DNA of 64,000 bases, taken from assembly GCA_951406725.2 (NCBI GenBank), contig OX597842.1:32302001-32366000 (forward strand), written 5' to 3'. The stretch comes from Octopus vulgaris. Its lineage: Eukaryota. A model generated the notes under the pieces. It saw only the letters and a list, made by a program, of their open reading frames with translations, did not search any database and was not told the DNA's origin. A program made the translations under genes and the position numbers. Below are positions 1 to 14,878 of the stretch, piece after piece (within the stretch, counting starts at the first letter, position 1; the number at the start of each line of letters is the position of its first letter).

Positions 1-63
1 ATATATTCATGTTTATATTTACACATGCGCACACAACTGCTCATATATACACGTGTGTACATA

Positions 64-95
<32 letters not shown>

Positions 96-145
96 CATAT
101 ACACACACACATTTGTATATAAATATCTATACACAAAAATACAGC

Positions 146-197
<52 letters not shown>

Positions 198-416
198 CAC
201 ACACACATTTGTATATAAATATCTATACACAAAAATACAGCTGTGTGCGTATATATATATATATATACACACATGCATATATGCACATGTATTGGCATAG
301 ATACATGCTCATAAACATATGTATATATGTATCTGTATCTGTTAGTGCTTGTATACACGTACACATGCACACACACATCAACATTAACACGTACCTCTGT
401 GTGTGTATGTGTGTGT

Positions 417-464
<48 letters not shown>

Positions 465-611
465 ATTGTACGCGGCTGAAGAAGGCTATTGACATACATA
501 TTACATCAATTATGCATTGATATAAACCGTCTAATAAAAGTCAGAAACATATGTACCGCTAAGTCCTTTGCATCATGTTTCTATTTTGATAAATATATAT
601 ATATATATATA

Positions 612-989
612 TGTGCGGTAAGTAGCTTGTTTACCAACCACATGGTTCCGGGTTCAGTCCCACTGCGTGGCACCTTGGGCAAGTGTCTTCTGCTATAGCC
701 TCGGGCCGACCAAAGCCTTGTGAGTGGATTTGGTAGATGGAAACTGAAAGAAGCCCGTCGTATATATGTGTGTATGTGTGCGTGCATGTTTGTGTTTGTC
801 CCCCTAGCATTGCTTGACAACCGATGCTGGTGTGTTTATGTCCCCGTCACTTAGCGGTTCAGCAAAAGAGACCGATAGAATAAGTACTGGGCTTACAATG
901 AATATGTCCCGGGGTTGAGTTGCTCGATTAAAGGCGGTGCTCCAGCATGGCCGCAGTCAAATGACTGAAACAAGTAAAAGAGTAAAAGA

Positions 990-991
<2 letters not shown>
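612..991 (+). mobile_element. SINE family A copy
   Basis: Near-identical to 35563-35955, with the 5' end clipped. Confidence 0.9.
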
Positions 992-1035
<44 letters not shown>

Positions 1036-1292
1036 CTAGTTGAGTTAGAGGTTAAAATAGCTGTCTAAGGGATAGAAATATCCATTACACTACCAGTATA
1101 TTACCCATGTTTAACCATGGGCATCCATATGCAAGCATATTATGCTTATGAATTATGGGTAAAGATAAGGATAAACATGAATTTATCGAGAATCAAAATT
1201 TAAAGAACACAAGAAAATGGCGAAGTATTGATGAATAACAATTGACTTACATCAATCGTTATTTATTAATTCATTACAAATAGACTGCATCC

Positions 1293-1391
1293 CGTCTGAC
1301 AGCTGTTTCTGCCTCCGATGTTGTTTGGTTTCTGCCATTGATATGCTAAAAATATTTATCATATTTGGTAACAAGGAACTTCATCAGAGCG
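1293..1391 (-). ncRNA. Degenerate hammerhead motif in a Penelope-like remnant
   Basis: Minus strand: CGCU CUGAUGA ... GAAAC AGCU GUC^AGACG. Core boxes intact, stem I has a bulge, stem II is poorly paired. Confidence 0.45.
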
Positions 1392-1409
1392 AAGAATAAA
1401 GAAGGAGAG

Positions 1410-1556
1410 CATCATTGTCATCATCGTCGTCATCTTCATCATCGTCATCATCATCTTCATCCTCATCATCACCATCATCATCATCATCATCATCACGTCA
1501 TTATCATCATCACCGTCATCATCATCACCGTCATCATCATCATCATCATCATCTTC

Positions 1557-1587
<31 letters not shown>

Positions 1588-1670
1588 CCACCATCATCAT
1601 CATCATCATCATCATCACCACCACCACCACCATCATCATCACCAACATCACCATCATCATCATCATCATA
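1410..1670. repeat. (CAT/CAC)n trinucleotide tract
   Basis: Directly visible. Confidence 0.95.
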
Positions 1671-2218
1671 TGTATATCTTCCTTGTGTGCATAAGTTGGG
1701 CAGTTGACAGAAGCCGGCCAGGTAGAAAAACTACTCTAGACTGGACTGAGTACTTTTTACATGGCACAAGAACAGGTAGGGGTCAGTTTTGGCAAGGTTT
1801 TTACACAGCTGGATGCCCTTCCAAATGCCAACCACTTCACAATGTGGACTGGATACTTTTTATGCAGCACAAATACAGATGAGGTTAGTTTTGGCAAGGT
1901 TTTTATAGCTGGATGCCCTTCCAAATGCCAACCACTTTACAGTGTGGACTGGGAGCTTTTTACGTGGCACCAACACTGGCAGGGTGACCAAGCAATCTGC
2001 AAGCCATAAACACACACATATCCATGCGCTTATATACATCTCTCTGGGCCCACAGCCTTGAGAAACTTTCCCTTGAATGTATCAAACTCACCACTTTCTG
2101 TTTGTTGAAGCCTGATACTTGCTCTGTTGCTCTGTTTTGTTGAACTGCTAAGTTATAGTGGGGGAGGGCATGAATACACTTGCATTGGTTGCCAAGGAGT
2201 TGTGGGGGGACAACACTG

Positions 2219-2256
<38 letters not shown>

Positions 2257-2264
2257 GCTCATTA

Positions 2265-2647
2265 ACTCTTTTTACTCATTTACTTGTTTCAGTCATTTGA
2301 CTGTGGCCATGCTGGAGCACCGCCTTTAGTCGAGCAAATCCACCCCGGGACTTATTCTTTGTAAGCCCAGTACTTATTCTATCGGCCTCTTTTGCCGAAC
2401 TGCTAAGTAACGGGGACGTAAACATACCAGCATCAGTTGTCAAGCGATGGGGCGGGAGACAAACACACACACATAAACATACACATATATATCTATACAT
2501 ATATACGACGGGCTTCTTTCAGTTTCCGTCTACCAAATCCATTCACAAGGCTTTGGTCGGCCCGAAGCTATAGTTGAAGACACTATAGCCTCGGGCCAAG
2601 CAAAGCCTTGTGAGTGGATTTAGTAGAAGGAAACTGAAAGAAGCCTG

Positions 2648-2711
<64 letters not shown>

Positions 2712-2906
2712 TTGTCCCCTTAGCATTGCTTGACAACCGATGCTGGTGTGTTTACGTCCCCGTTACTTAGAGGTTTGGCAAAAGAACCCAATAGAATAAG
2801 TACTGGGCTTACAAAAGAATAAGTCCCGGGGTCGATTTGCTCGACTAAAGGTGGTGCTCCAGCATGGCTGCAGTCAAATGACTGAAACAAGTACAAGAGT
2901 AAAGAG

Positions 2907-2940
<34 letters not shown>

Positions 2941-3092
2941 CAACGGGCCTCTTTCAATTTCCGTCTACCAAATCCACTCGCAAGGTTTGGTCAGCCTGAG
3001 GCTATAGTAGAAGACACTTGCCCAAGGTGCCACACAGTGAGACTGAACCCGGAACCATTAGGTCGGGAAGCAAGCTTCTTACCACACAGCCA
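2265..3092. mobile_element. Cluster of three SINE A pieces (-, +, -)
   Basis: 2265-2583 (-), 2582-2906 (+), 2943-3092 (- head). Confidence 0.85.
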
Positions 3093-3474
3093 CGCGTCAC
3101 CCTATCTATCTATCTTTCTATCTATGTAATAATAAAGAGACCGATAGAAGATAGACGGAAAATTAGACACACAGACAGATAAATGAAAGGGTTGATAGAT
3201 ATAGAGTGATTGACTGATGATTGATGAGTGATTGATTGATGATTGATAGACAGACAACGAGACGGTACTTAAACAGATAGTTTTCAATAAATATAGTCGC
3301 TGGATATTTTTACCCAGCTCTTCACACTGTCTCCTCTCTATAGGCAGACATGCCTTAACTTATTCGATGTGTGTGTGTATAAAATTACATGATGACGATG
3401 ATAACAAGGTGTGTATATATATATATATATTGACAGATATCTATGTATACACATAAAGAGGTACATATGTCCAA

Positions 3475-3520
<46 letters not shown>

Positions 3521-3736
3521 GCATATGTGCAAAAATGTGTATATAATCATACACACATGCGTATATAGACATAAATATGTATATATTTTCACACCACATA
3601 GACACCTCTATATACATATATATATATATATATATAGATATATATATATGGATATATATATACACAAACACAAAAATGTGTATATATTCTCACAAACACA
3701 CATCCATATATGTTTGTGTTTATGTATGTGTATATA

Positions 3737-3774
<38 letters not shown>

Positions 3775-3909
3775 CATGCACACACATATACTTACATATA
3801 TTTATATACATACTTATATACATACTATAGTCACATAACAACACACACACACATATATTTACACTGAATATGTGTATTCATATACACACACACACATTCA
3901 TACATACCA

Positions 3910-3944
<35 letters not shown>

Positions 3945-4585
3945 CATACATATATTGATTAGATACTCGTATACACATACACTCAGAGATATACACAAAC
4001 ATGTATACACACACACACACACACACACACATGCTCACATATAGATATACATACACACACACACACACACCTAAACGCGGAAATTTTACCGAAATCTCCG
4101 CGGAAACGACAAGGGAATATTTCAGGTTTTTATTAATCAACGCAAAATGTTTCGGTTTTTCCTTATGAAAGACGACAACAACGAGAAGAAGAACGAAGGG
4201 GGAAGGAAGGAACGGGGCGGGGAAGGGGAAAGAAGAGACGGAAGGGCAGCAGCGGTGGTGGTGGTGGTGGTGGTGGGCATGGCAGAACTCATTCGTCCGG
4301 TGGCACAGTGGAGTCGGTGTCGGCGGCGGTGGCACATTAATAGCTCGTTCGGTGGCACACCTCCTCGACACCTAACCTTTTAATTTTTCGCCGTTTTTCT
4401 CTCTCGCTCTGTCTGTGCGTCTGTGTGTGTGTGTGTGTGTGTGTGTGTCTATGTATATGTGTGTGTGTGTGTGTGTATATATATATTTGTATTTTGTGTC
4501 TGTGTGTGTGTATGTATGTCTGTGTGTATGTGTGTGTGTATTTGTGTCTATATCTGTGTGTGTATATATATATGTATGTATTTTA

Positions 4586-4618
<33 letters not shown>

Positions 4619-4677
4619 GTATGTATTTTATGTCTGTGTCTGTGTGTGTATGTGTGTGTGTGTATTTGTGTCTCTAT

Positions 4678-4709
<32 letters not shown>

Positions 4710-4765
4710 GTATGTATTTTATGTCTGTGTGTGTATGTATGTCTGTGTATTTATGTCTCTATATC

Positions 4766-4796
<31 letters not shown>

Positions 4797-4961
4797 GTGT
4801 GTGTGTCTTTGTGTGTATGTCTGTGTGTGTATATGTGTGTATTTTTGTGTCTCTATATCTGTGTCTATGTGTTTGTATATATGTATACATATATATGTAT
4901 GCCTATGTGTGATTTTGTGTGTGTGTGTATATATGAATGTATATATATGTGTTTGATTATG

Positions 4962-4995
<34 letters not shown>

Positions 4996-5122
4996 ATTGT
5001 GTATAAATATGTATGTATGTGTGTGTGTATACGTCTGTGTCTGTTTGCCAATGTATATGTGAATATGTTATATTTATAAATGTACATGTGTATGTATATA
5101 TATATATAGATAGATATACATG

Positions 5123-5154
<32 letters not shown>

Positions 5155-5647
5155 TATGTATGTACGTGTGTGTATGTGCATATATATATATGTATGTGTG
5201 TGTATGTGTGCATGTGTCTCTCCGTCAGTCTCTGTACGACTCTGTCTGTGCGTCTCTCTCCGTGTGTTGTCCATGTGATGTACGCCAACGATTGTGTATA
5301 GCAATTCACTCATGCTCCGTCCACACCCCCTCAGTGCTCCACCGCCCATCTTCCCCCCACTCTCCCTCTCGCTCCCTCCGTGTCTCTCTTTCTCTCTCTC
5401 CTCTCTTCGTCTGTCGATTGGTTTTGTACGAAATTGATTGATCCCCCTCCGCGGGGACTCCTTTTCTGCGGCCCATACCACAGAGCAATTAGTTTTTCTG
5501 TTACCAATCAGGGTTCTTTGTTTGGCGAATGGTGGCGGTGGCGGAGATGGCGGTGGCGGTGGTGGTCGTGGTTGGTTCTAATGGTGATGATATTACTGTT
5601 TATTGGCGGTGACGGTGATCGGTTTTTCAATGGTGCAAGCATTAGTC

Positions 5648-6131
5648 TGGTGGTGGTGGTGGTGGTGGTGGTGATGGTTGTGGTGAGGATGACGACGATG
5701 ATGATGGTTGTGATGATGATGATGATGGTGATGTTAATGATGATGATGATATTGGTGATGTTCGTGATGGTGGTGATGATGACGATGACGACGGTGGTGG
5801 TGATGATGATGGTGGTGGTGGTGGTAGTGGTGATGACGACAGTGGTGGTGGTGGTGATGATGATGTTAGTGATGGTGGTGGTGATGATGATGGTAGTGGT
5901 GGTGGTGGTGATGATATTGGTGATGATGATGACGACAGTGGTGGTGGTGGTGATGATGGTTGTGATAATGCTGATGATGATGATGATGATGATAGTGATG
6001 TCGATGATGCTGGTGGTGATGCTGGTCCGGGGTGATGGTCATGGTGATGCTGATGAGGCTGTTGATGGCAATGGTGATGATGATGATGACGATGATGATG
6101 GCAATGATGGTGATGGTTACGGTGGTGGTGG
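5648..6131. repeat. (GAT/GGT)n trinucleotide tract
   Basis: Directly visible. Confidence 0.95.
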
Positions 6132-6460
6132 TACTCCTGGTGTTTGCAGTGATGATTGTCGACGTGGCGCCGGCGTTAGATTCCTTACCGGCTGTTTTTT
6201 TAACATCCGCTTTTCCATGCCTGCATGGGTTCGAGGGAACTCAAAAACTCTGTGAAGACAGATTTTCCCCGTGAGTAAAATGCCCTATCTGTTGCTGACC
6301 CCTATCTGTTGCTGACCCCTATCTGTTTCTTAAGCAAGGTTGATGTCTTGCACCCCTGGTTCTTGAAACACAGACAACACAACGGCCAGACATGTTTTTG
6401 CAGAAGATTGCAAACAACACTGCTTGTATGATGGTGACGTTTGTTTACTGCAAGGCAAAA

Positions 6461-6506
<46 letters not shown>

Positions 6507-6818
6507 GCATACATCATCATCATCATCGTTTAACGTCTGCTTTCCATGCTGGCATGGGTTGGATGATTTTGGCTGAGGGCTGGTGAACCAGATGACCACA
6601 CCAGGCTCCAATCTTGATTTGGCAATGTTTCTACAGCTGGATGCCCTTCCTAATGCCAACCACTCCGAGAGTGTAGCGGGTGCTTTTTATGTGCCACCGG
6701 CACAGGGGCCAGTCAGGCGGTACTGGCAATGACCTCGCTCGAATCTTTTTACACATGCCACCGGCACAGGTGCCAGTAAGGCGACGTTGGTAACGATCAC
6801 ACTCGAATGGTGCCCTTT

Positions 6819-6852
<34 letters not shown>

Positions 6853-6853
<1 letters not shown>

Positions 6854-7223
6854 TAGCAGTATCGCCCGGCGTTGCTCGGGTTTGTAAGGGAAATAACTAT
6901 AAAGCATTTTTAGAGAGTTATAGCCAAAAAAAATGGAAAAAATATGATGGTAAATTTTTTTTTTTAGTTAAAAAGGTCGAGTTGCGCCCCATAGACAGTC
7001 TGTGGTTTGTGTTTCTGATTCTCGACCCCATGTCGAATTTATCGATTTTTTTCAGAACTGGGAGAACTTTTCAAAATTTTCGCTGCGTTAGTTTTGAATT
7101 ATGACATTGGGCTATGTGTGTGTCAAGTTTCATCAGAATCGGTTGAAAGCCGTGGTCAGGGTGAGGGTACAACCTAACAGACACACAGAAACACACACAG
7201 ACAAACTGCCGTTTATATATAGA
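6853..7223 (-). mobile_element. Non-autonomous Helitron
   Basis: Minus strand starts A|TCTATATATAAA with a (CTGT/GT) tract near the 5' end, and ends with the CCCGAGCAACGCCGGG hairpin then CTAG|T. It sits in a TA tract with no TSD. Confidence 0.8.
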
Positions 7224-7892
7224 TATATATATATATATACACACAGGCGCATGCGTGTAAATCAATATACATGTTTATTATATGACTTGGATGTATATAT
7301 TTTATGCCTTATAAACTGAATATATTTTATTCTTTGTAAACTGTAAATTTTCTCATATCATCATCATCATCATCATCGTTTAACGTCTGCTTTCCATGCT
7401 GGCATGGGTTGGACGATTTTGACTGAGGACTGGTGAACCAGATGGCTGCACCAGGCTCCAGTCTTGATCTGGCGGAGTTTCTACAGCTGGATGCCCTTCC
7501 TAATGCCAACCACTCCAATAGTGTAGTGGATGCTTTTTACGTGCCGCGGCGCGGGGGCCAGTCAGGCGGTATTGGCAACGACCTCGCTCGAATCTTTTTA
7601 GACATGCCACTGGCACAGGTGCCAGTAAGGCAACGTTGGCAATATACATAAATGTGTAATCGCGTCTGTGTGTGTGTTTGGGGTTACTCTAACTCCTCCT
7701 ACACCGTTCAACCGATTCCAAGGATTTTTGGCACATAGGTAGATCACGTACCCTTAAGTTCAAATAGGGCTGGAATTTTTCAAAAACTCAATAATGCTCT
7801 GTTAACATCGATTTTTGTGAGCTAAATCGGGCATTTGAATGTCAAGTGATGGTGGGTGGTGGGGACAAACACACACACACATAAATACGTAC

Positions 7893-7924
<32 letters not shown>

Positions 7925-7959
7925 GTACATACGTACATATATATATATATATATATATA

Positions 7960-8757
7960 TCTTGTGGTACCAGTGCCGGTGGCACACAAGAAAACCATCC
8001 GAACGTGGCCGTAGCCAGTACCGCATCGACTGGCCTCCGTGCTGTGGGCACGCAACAAACACCATCCGATCGTGGCCGTTCGCCAGCCTCATCTGGCACC
8101 TGTGTCGGTGGCACATAAAAACACCATCCGAAGACCCGGCAAGACTAGTCAGGCCATAACCCGTGGCCCCTACCTGGGACGTAGTCAGTCCACCTGTGCA
8201 TACCTTCCTTCTTGTGACACTTGTGAAGACCTGTTGAGGCAAGTGAAAATCAAATCAAATCAAATCAAAACAAATCAAAATAGATGAACATCAATGGAAT
8301 TTGTATCTTTGTGGAAATTAGTGCCGGTGGCACACAAGAAAATCATCCGAACGTGGCCGTAGCCAGTACCGCATAGACTGGCCTCCGTGCTTTGGGGACG
8401 TAACAAACACCATCCGATCGTGGCCGTCCGCCAGCCTCATCTGGCACCTGTGTCGGTGGCACATAAAAACACCATCCGAGCGTGGCCGTCTGCCAGCCTC
8501 GTCTGGCACCTGTGTCGGTGGCACATAAAAACACCATCCGAGCGTGGCCGTTCGCCAGCCTCGTCTGGCACCTGTGTCGGTGGCACATAAAATCACCCAC
8601 TACACTCTCGGAGTGGTTGGCGTTAGGAAGGGCATCCAGCTGTAGAAACACTGCCAGATCTGACTGGCCTGGTGCAGCCTTCGGGCTCCCCAGACCCCAG
8701 TTGAACCGTCCAACCCATGCTGGCATGGAAAACGGACGCTAAATGATGATGATGATA
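7960..8757 (+). mobile_element. Family C retroposon (SINE or LINE 3' end, possibly RTE-related) with internal ~62 bp minisatellite and (GAT)n tail
   Basis: Tandem tgtcggtggcacataaaaacaccatccg... units, then gagtggttggcgttaggaagggcatccagctgtagaaac...ccaacccatgc..ggacgctaaatgatgatg. Other copies at 6512-6820, 7356-7640, 10656-11005 and 53720-54330 (-), and 9630-9925, 13045-13500, 21815-21935, 41825-42265 and 45390-45640 (+). Confidence 0.8.
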
Positions 8758-8903
8758 TATGTATGTATATATGTACATACGTACATATATATGTATATAC
8801 ATATATATACATACGTACATATATATATATACATATATATATACATATATATACATATATATATATACATATATATACATATATATACATATATATATAT
8901 ATA

Positions 8904-8980
<77 letters not shown>

Positions 8981-9019
8981 TATACATATATATTTATATA
9001 TATATACACACAAATATGC

Positions 9020-9612
9020 TATGGGCTTCTTTCAGTTTCTGCCTATCAAATCACCTTACAAAGCTTTGGTCGGCCCGAGGCTATAGCAGAAGATACTTGG
9101 CCAAGGTACCATGCAGTGGGACTGAACCTGGAACCATGCGGTTGTGAAGCAAGTTACTTACCACACAGCCACCCTTATGATGGGATTCTCTCCAGTTTCC
9201 ATTGATCAAATCCACTCACAAGGCTTTGATTGTCTCGGGGCTCTAGCAGAAGACCTTTCGCCCAAGGTGCCATGCAGTGGGACTGAACTTGGAAACAATG
9301 TGGTTGGGAAGCAAGCTTCTTACCACACAGCCACGCCTGCATCATCATCATCATCACCATTGTCATCATTTAACATCTGTTGTCCATACTGGCATGGGAT
9401 GGATGGTTTGACCAGAGGTGGCCAGCTTTGGCATGGTTTCTATGGCCGGATGTATGTGTGTGTGTGTAAATATGTATACTCTTTTACTCTTTTACTTGTT
9501 TCAGTCATTTGACTGCGGCCATGCTGGAGCACCGCCTTTAGTCGAGCAAATCGACCCCGGGACTTTGTAAGCCCAGTACTTATTCTATCGGCCTCTTTTT
9601 GCCGAACCGCTA
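9020..9612 (-). mobile_element. SINE A fragments (two heads and one tail)
   Basis: Reverse-complement matches at about 9020-9172, 9180-9340 and 9478-9612. Confidence 0.8.
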
Positions 9613-9950
9613 ATGATGTGTATATATATATATACCACCATCCGTTCGTGTCCGTTGCCAGCATCGCCTGGCCTCGTGCCGGTGACACGTAAAAGCACCA
9701 TCCGTTCGTGGCTGTTTGCCAGCCTCGTCTGGCACCTGTGCGGGTGGCACGTAAAAAGCACCCACTACACTCACGGAGTGGTTGGCGTTAGGAAGAGCAT
9801 CCAGCCGTAGAAACACTGCCAGATCTGACTGGGCTTGATGAAGCCTTCCAGCTTCACAGACCCCAGTTGAACCGTCCAACCCATGCTAGCATGGAAAACG
9901 GACGCTAAATGATGATGATGATGATATATATATGTACACACACATATATT

Positions 9951-10175
9951 GAGGGTACATGGCTCAGTGGTTAGGGCATCAGGCTCGCAATCATGGGGTA
10001 GTGAGTTCAGTTCCTGGACTGGGCTGTGAGTTGTGTCCTTGAGCAAGACACTTTATTTCACGTTGCCCTGGTTCGTTCAGCTGTAGAAATGAGTTGCAAT
10101 GTCACAGGTGCCAATCTGTATCGACCCCTTTGCCTTTCCCTTGGGTAACATCAGTGGTGTGGGGAGGTGACTGCT
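9951..10175 (+). mobile_element. tRNA-derived SINE, another family
   Basis: A box tggctcagtgg, B box gagttcagttcc, then gttgtgtccttgagcaagacacttt. Confidence 0.65.
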
Positions 10176-10424
10176 GGGTGAGATGGCCAAATCTCTCCAA
10201 TTCCCTCTCCTTTGTGCTGGATGCTTTCAAACAGCCAAACTTGCTATCCTTAAACCCCAAACACCTTCTCATGGTCTCTCGCTCTCTCATCCCCCTCCAC
10301 AACTTCCTCTCAAGATGGGCTGGGGCGGTGGCCCACAGTACATCATATCTCCAAAAACACAGTAGCTCTGCAGACTCGATTCTCGACCATTGGGTTTCTA
10401 ACTGTTGTTAATTCTCCTTCTCTC

Positions 10425-11185
10425 CCTCTTACTCTTTTACTCTTTTACTCGTTTCAGTCGTTTGACTACAGCCATGCTGGAGCACCGCCTCTAGTCGAGC
10501 AACTCGACCCTGGGACTTATTCTTTGTAAGCCCAGTACTTATTCTATCGGTCTCTTTTGCCGAACCGCTAAGTGACGGGGACGTAAACACACCAGCATCG
10601 GTTGTCAAGCAATGCTAGGGGGACAAACACAGACACACAAACACACACACACACACATCATCATCATCATCATCATCGTTTAACGTCCGTTCTCCATGCT
10701 AGCATGGGTTGGACGGTTCGACCGGGGATCTGGGAAGCCAGAAGGCTGCACCAGGCTCCAGTCTTATCTGGCAGTGTTTCTACAGCTGGATGCCCTTCCT
10801 AACGCCAACCACTCCGTGAGTGTAGTGGGTGCTTTTTACGTGCCACCTGCACAGGTGCCAGGCGAGGCTGGCAACGGCCATGGTCAGATTGGTGTATTTT
10901 ATGTGCCACCGGCACGGAAGCCAGACGAGGCGGTGCTGGCATCGGCCACGCGTCGGATGGTGCTTTTACGTACCACCAGACCAGGGATCCTGGCTGGTTC
11001 AATTCGATATATATATATATATGACAGGCTTCTTTCAGTTTCCATCTACCAAATCCACTCACAAGGCTTTGTTCAGCCCAAGGCTATAGCAGAAGACACT
11101 TGCCCAAGATGCCACGCAGTGGGACTGAACCTGGAACCATGTGGTTGGTTAGCAAGCTACTTACCACACAGCCACTCCTGTGCCT
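10425..11185 (-). mobile_element. SINE A copy interrupted at its internal microsatellite by a family C element (10656-11005)
   Basis: Tail half 10425-10640 and head half 11022-11185 flank a family C copy. Confidence 0.8.
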
Positions 11186-12089
11186 ATATTTCTTCCATAG
11201 TTTTTCTTTAAATCTAAAAGCTCTAAATACCATTTCGGTATTAATTCTGCATGGTACCTTAATGTAAAACCAGATGGTTTTGTATCTTCATGGAGGGATT
11301 GTGGGTGGGTCATTATGCCAAGGTACACCCCTCTACACACACTGTTTCTATTACATTCTTCTTCTTCTACAACCACTACCTCCACAAACACTACCACACC
11401 ATTCACCATCACACCATCACCACACTACCACAGCCACCACTACCTCAACCACTACAACCCTCACCACCATCATCACCATTACAACTACCACCACCACAGC
11501 AACCACAATCATCACCATCACCACTACCACAACCACCATCACAACTACCACCACAGCAACCACCTCCACAGCCACCACCATCACACCACCACAACCACGA
11601 CCATGACCACCACCATAAACACCATCACCACTACAACCACTACCTCCACAAACACCACCGCACTATCACCACCACACAATCACCACCACCACCGCTACCA
11701 CCAACACTAGCACTTTCACCCTTATCACTGCCACTACCACCATTAAAACAACCACCACCTTTGCAATGGTCATCACCAGCATCACCACCACCACTACCAC
11801 CACCAATACTGGAAACAGTATCACTGTTCATGCACAGAACCACACCATCGAACCCCCCCACACCCCTGCCACCCCCATAATTTGGCCATTGACCAAAGTA
11901 GCCACTGGAGACAGGTCGTAGATATACAAGATGGACAAGGAAGGCATTGGACAAGAGTTGGAGGGGAGGGGCAGGGGGGGCGAATTAGGGACACACTGGA
12001 TAACATACACACACACACACATACATAAATAGAGGCACACACACACCGATATATAATGTGCATATCTCTTTCTATATCTACACACACAT

Positions 12090-12880
<791 letters not shown>

Positions 12881-13495
12881 AATATTTGTGTGCCTAGAAG
12901 ACCGAATTCTCTTGACAGCAGGATTATCAATCTATATATATATAACAATAGCCGAGATTACTCTCCGCTAGTATTCAGAGTTTTGGTATATAATATTACT
13001 TCTGATCACGTGTATGTATGTGCCTGTGTATATATGTGTGTATGAGTGTGCCAGCTCTGTCTGGCAACCGTGTCGGTGGCACGTAAAAGCACCATCCGTT
13101 CGCGTCCGGTGCCAGCCTCGCCTGGCCCCGTGCCGGTGACACGTAAAAGCACCATCCGTTCGTGGCCGTTTGCCAGCTCTGTCTGGCCCTGTGTCGGTGG
13201 CACGTAAAAGCACCATCCGTTTGTGTCCGTTACCAGCATCGCCTGGCCCTGTGTCGGTGACACGTAAAAGCACCATCCGTTCGTGGCCGTTTGCCAGCTC
13301 TGTCTGGCACCTGTGCAGGTGGCACATAAAAAGCACCCACTACACTCGCGGAGAGTGGTTGGCGTTAGGAAGGGCATCCAGCTGTAGAAACAATGCCAGA
13401 TCTGACTGGGTCTGACGAAGCCTTCCAGCTTCACAGACCCCAGTTGACCCGTCCAACCCATGCTAGCATGGAAAGCGGATGCTAAATGATGATGA

Positions 13496-13532
<37 letters not shown>

Positions 13533-13535
<3 letters not shown>

Positions 13536-13922
13536 TCTTTTACTCTTTTACTTGTTTCAGTCATTTGACTGTGGCTATGCTGGAGCACCGCCTTTAGTCG
13601 AGCAAATCGACCCTGGGACTTATTCTTTTGTCTCTTATTCTATTGGTCTCTTTTGCCGAACCGCTAAGTGACGGGGGACGTAAACACACCAGCATCGGTT
13701 GTCAAGCAATGCTAGGGAGACAAATAGACAAAAACACATACACACACATACATATATACGACAGGCTTCTTTCAGTTTCCATCTACCAAATCCACTCACA
13801 AGGCATTGGTCGGCCTGGGGCTATAGAAGAAGACACTTGCCCAAGACGCCACGCAGTGGGACTGAACCCCTAACCATGTGGTTGGTTAGCAAGCTACTTA
13901 CCACACAGCCACTCCTGCACCT
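13533..13922 (-). mobile_element. SINE family A copy
   Basis: Full reverse-complement match. Confidence 0.9.
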
Positions 13923-14437
13923 ATATATATAAATATTTATATGTATTTTTATATAAAGGATTTTAATTATTTTTCTAAAGTGAAAACGAGGAGAGTTGGA
14001 AAGAATTAACACGGCAGGCCATCGGTTGGTGTTTTTACCTGCTGTTTCAATAATTTGGGTTTAGGTGCCCTTCTTCAGGAAATTTACATAGAAATTAAGC
14101 CATTGAGATCTCTCTCTCACTCACACACACACACACAGGAGCAGAGTGGATCAGAGAAGTCAACCGACAACACCTTTGTGTCTCTGGATTTCCTGAAGAG
14201 GGGCTCCTAACCTCAAAATATTGAAATACCAAGTAGTATTACTTTGTTTGGCCTGTATTAATTTTTATGGTTTGTGTTATTTTGAATTTTAAAAAAATGA
14301 TATGCAACATTTATATATACCAGACAATGCTTCATGCATATACACACCTACATATGTAACACATATATATGTATGTGTGTGTGTGTGTATATATATATGT
14401 AACGTGTGTGTGTGTGTATATATATATATATATGTAA

Positions 14438-14489
<52 letters not shown>

Positions 14490-14625
14490 GTGTGTATATG
14501 TATATATATATATATATATATCTAATGTGTGTATATGTATATATATATATATATATATGTATGTCCCGGGTTGAGTCGGGGTTAACCACAGTAAATAAGG
14601 TACTCAATACATAGCAAAGTAAATT

Positions 14626-14795
14626 AATTTATTTTATAGAAGGAGCTTCTACAGGACTAGAACTGTTTCATTCAAAAGAAATCACCCATTTAAACCTGCC
14701 TAAATGTATAAATGCCAAAACAACTCTTGTCTACTAGCTTCCTGATGATTTCTTTTGAATGAAGCAGTTCTCGTCCTGTAGAAGCTCCTTCTATA
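14626..14795. repeat. Inverted repeat, ~59 bp arms
   Basis: aatttattttatagaaggagcttctacaggac...aagaaatca pairs with tgatttctt...gtcctgtagaagctccttctataaaataaatt. Confidence 0.9.
14736..14786 (+). ncRNA. Type I hammerhead ribozyme fold with one core substitution
   Basis: AGCUUC CUGAUGA UUUC-UUUU-GAAU GAAG(A) CAG uucucguc CUG UA^GAAGCU. Stem I is 6 bp. The adjacent inverted partial copy retains GAAAC. Confidence 0.65.
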
Positions 14796-14796
14796 A

Positions 14797-14832
<36 letters not shown>

Positions 14833-14878
14833 AACGTGTGTATGTGTGTATGTATATATATATATATACACACACACA

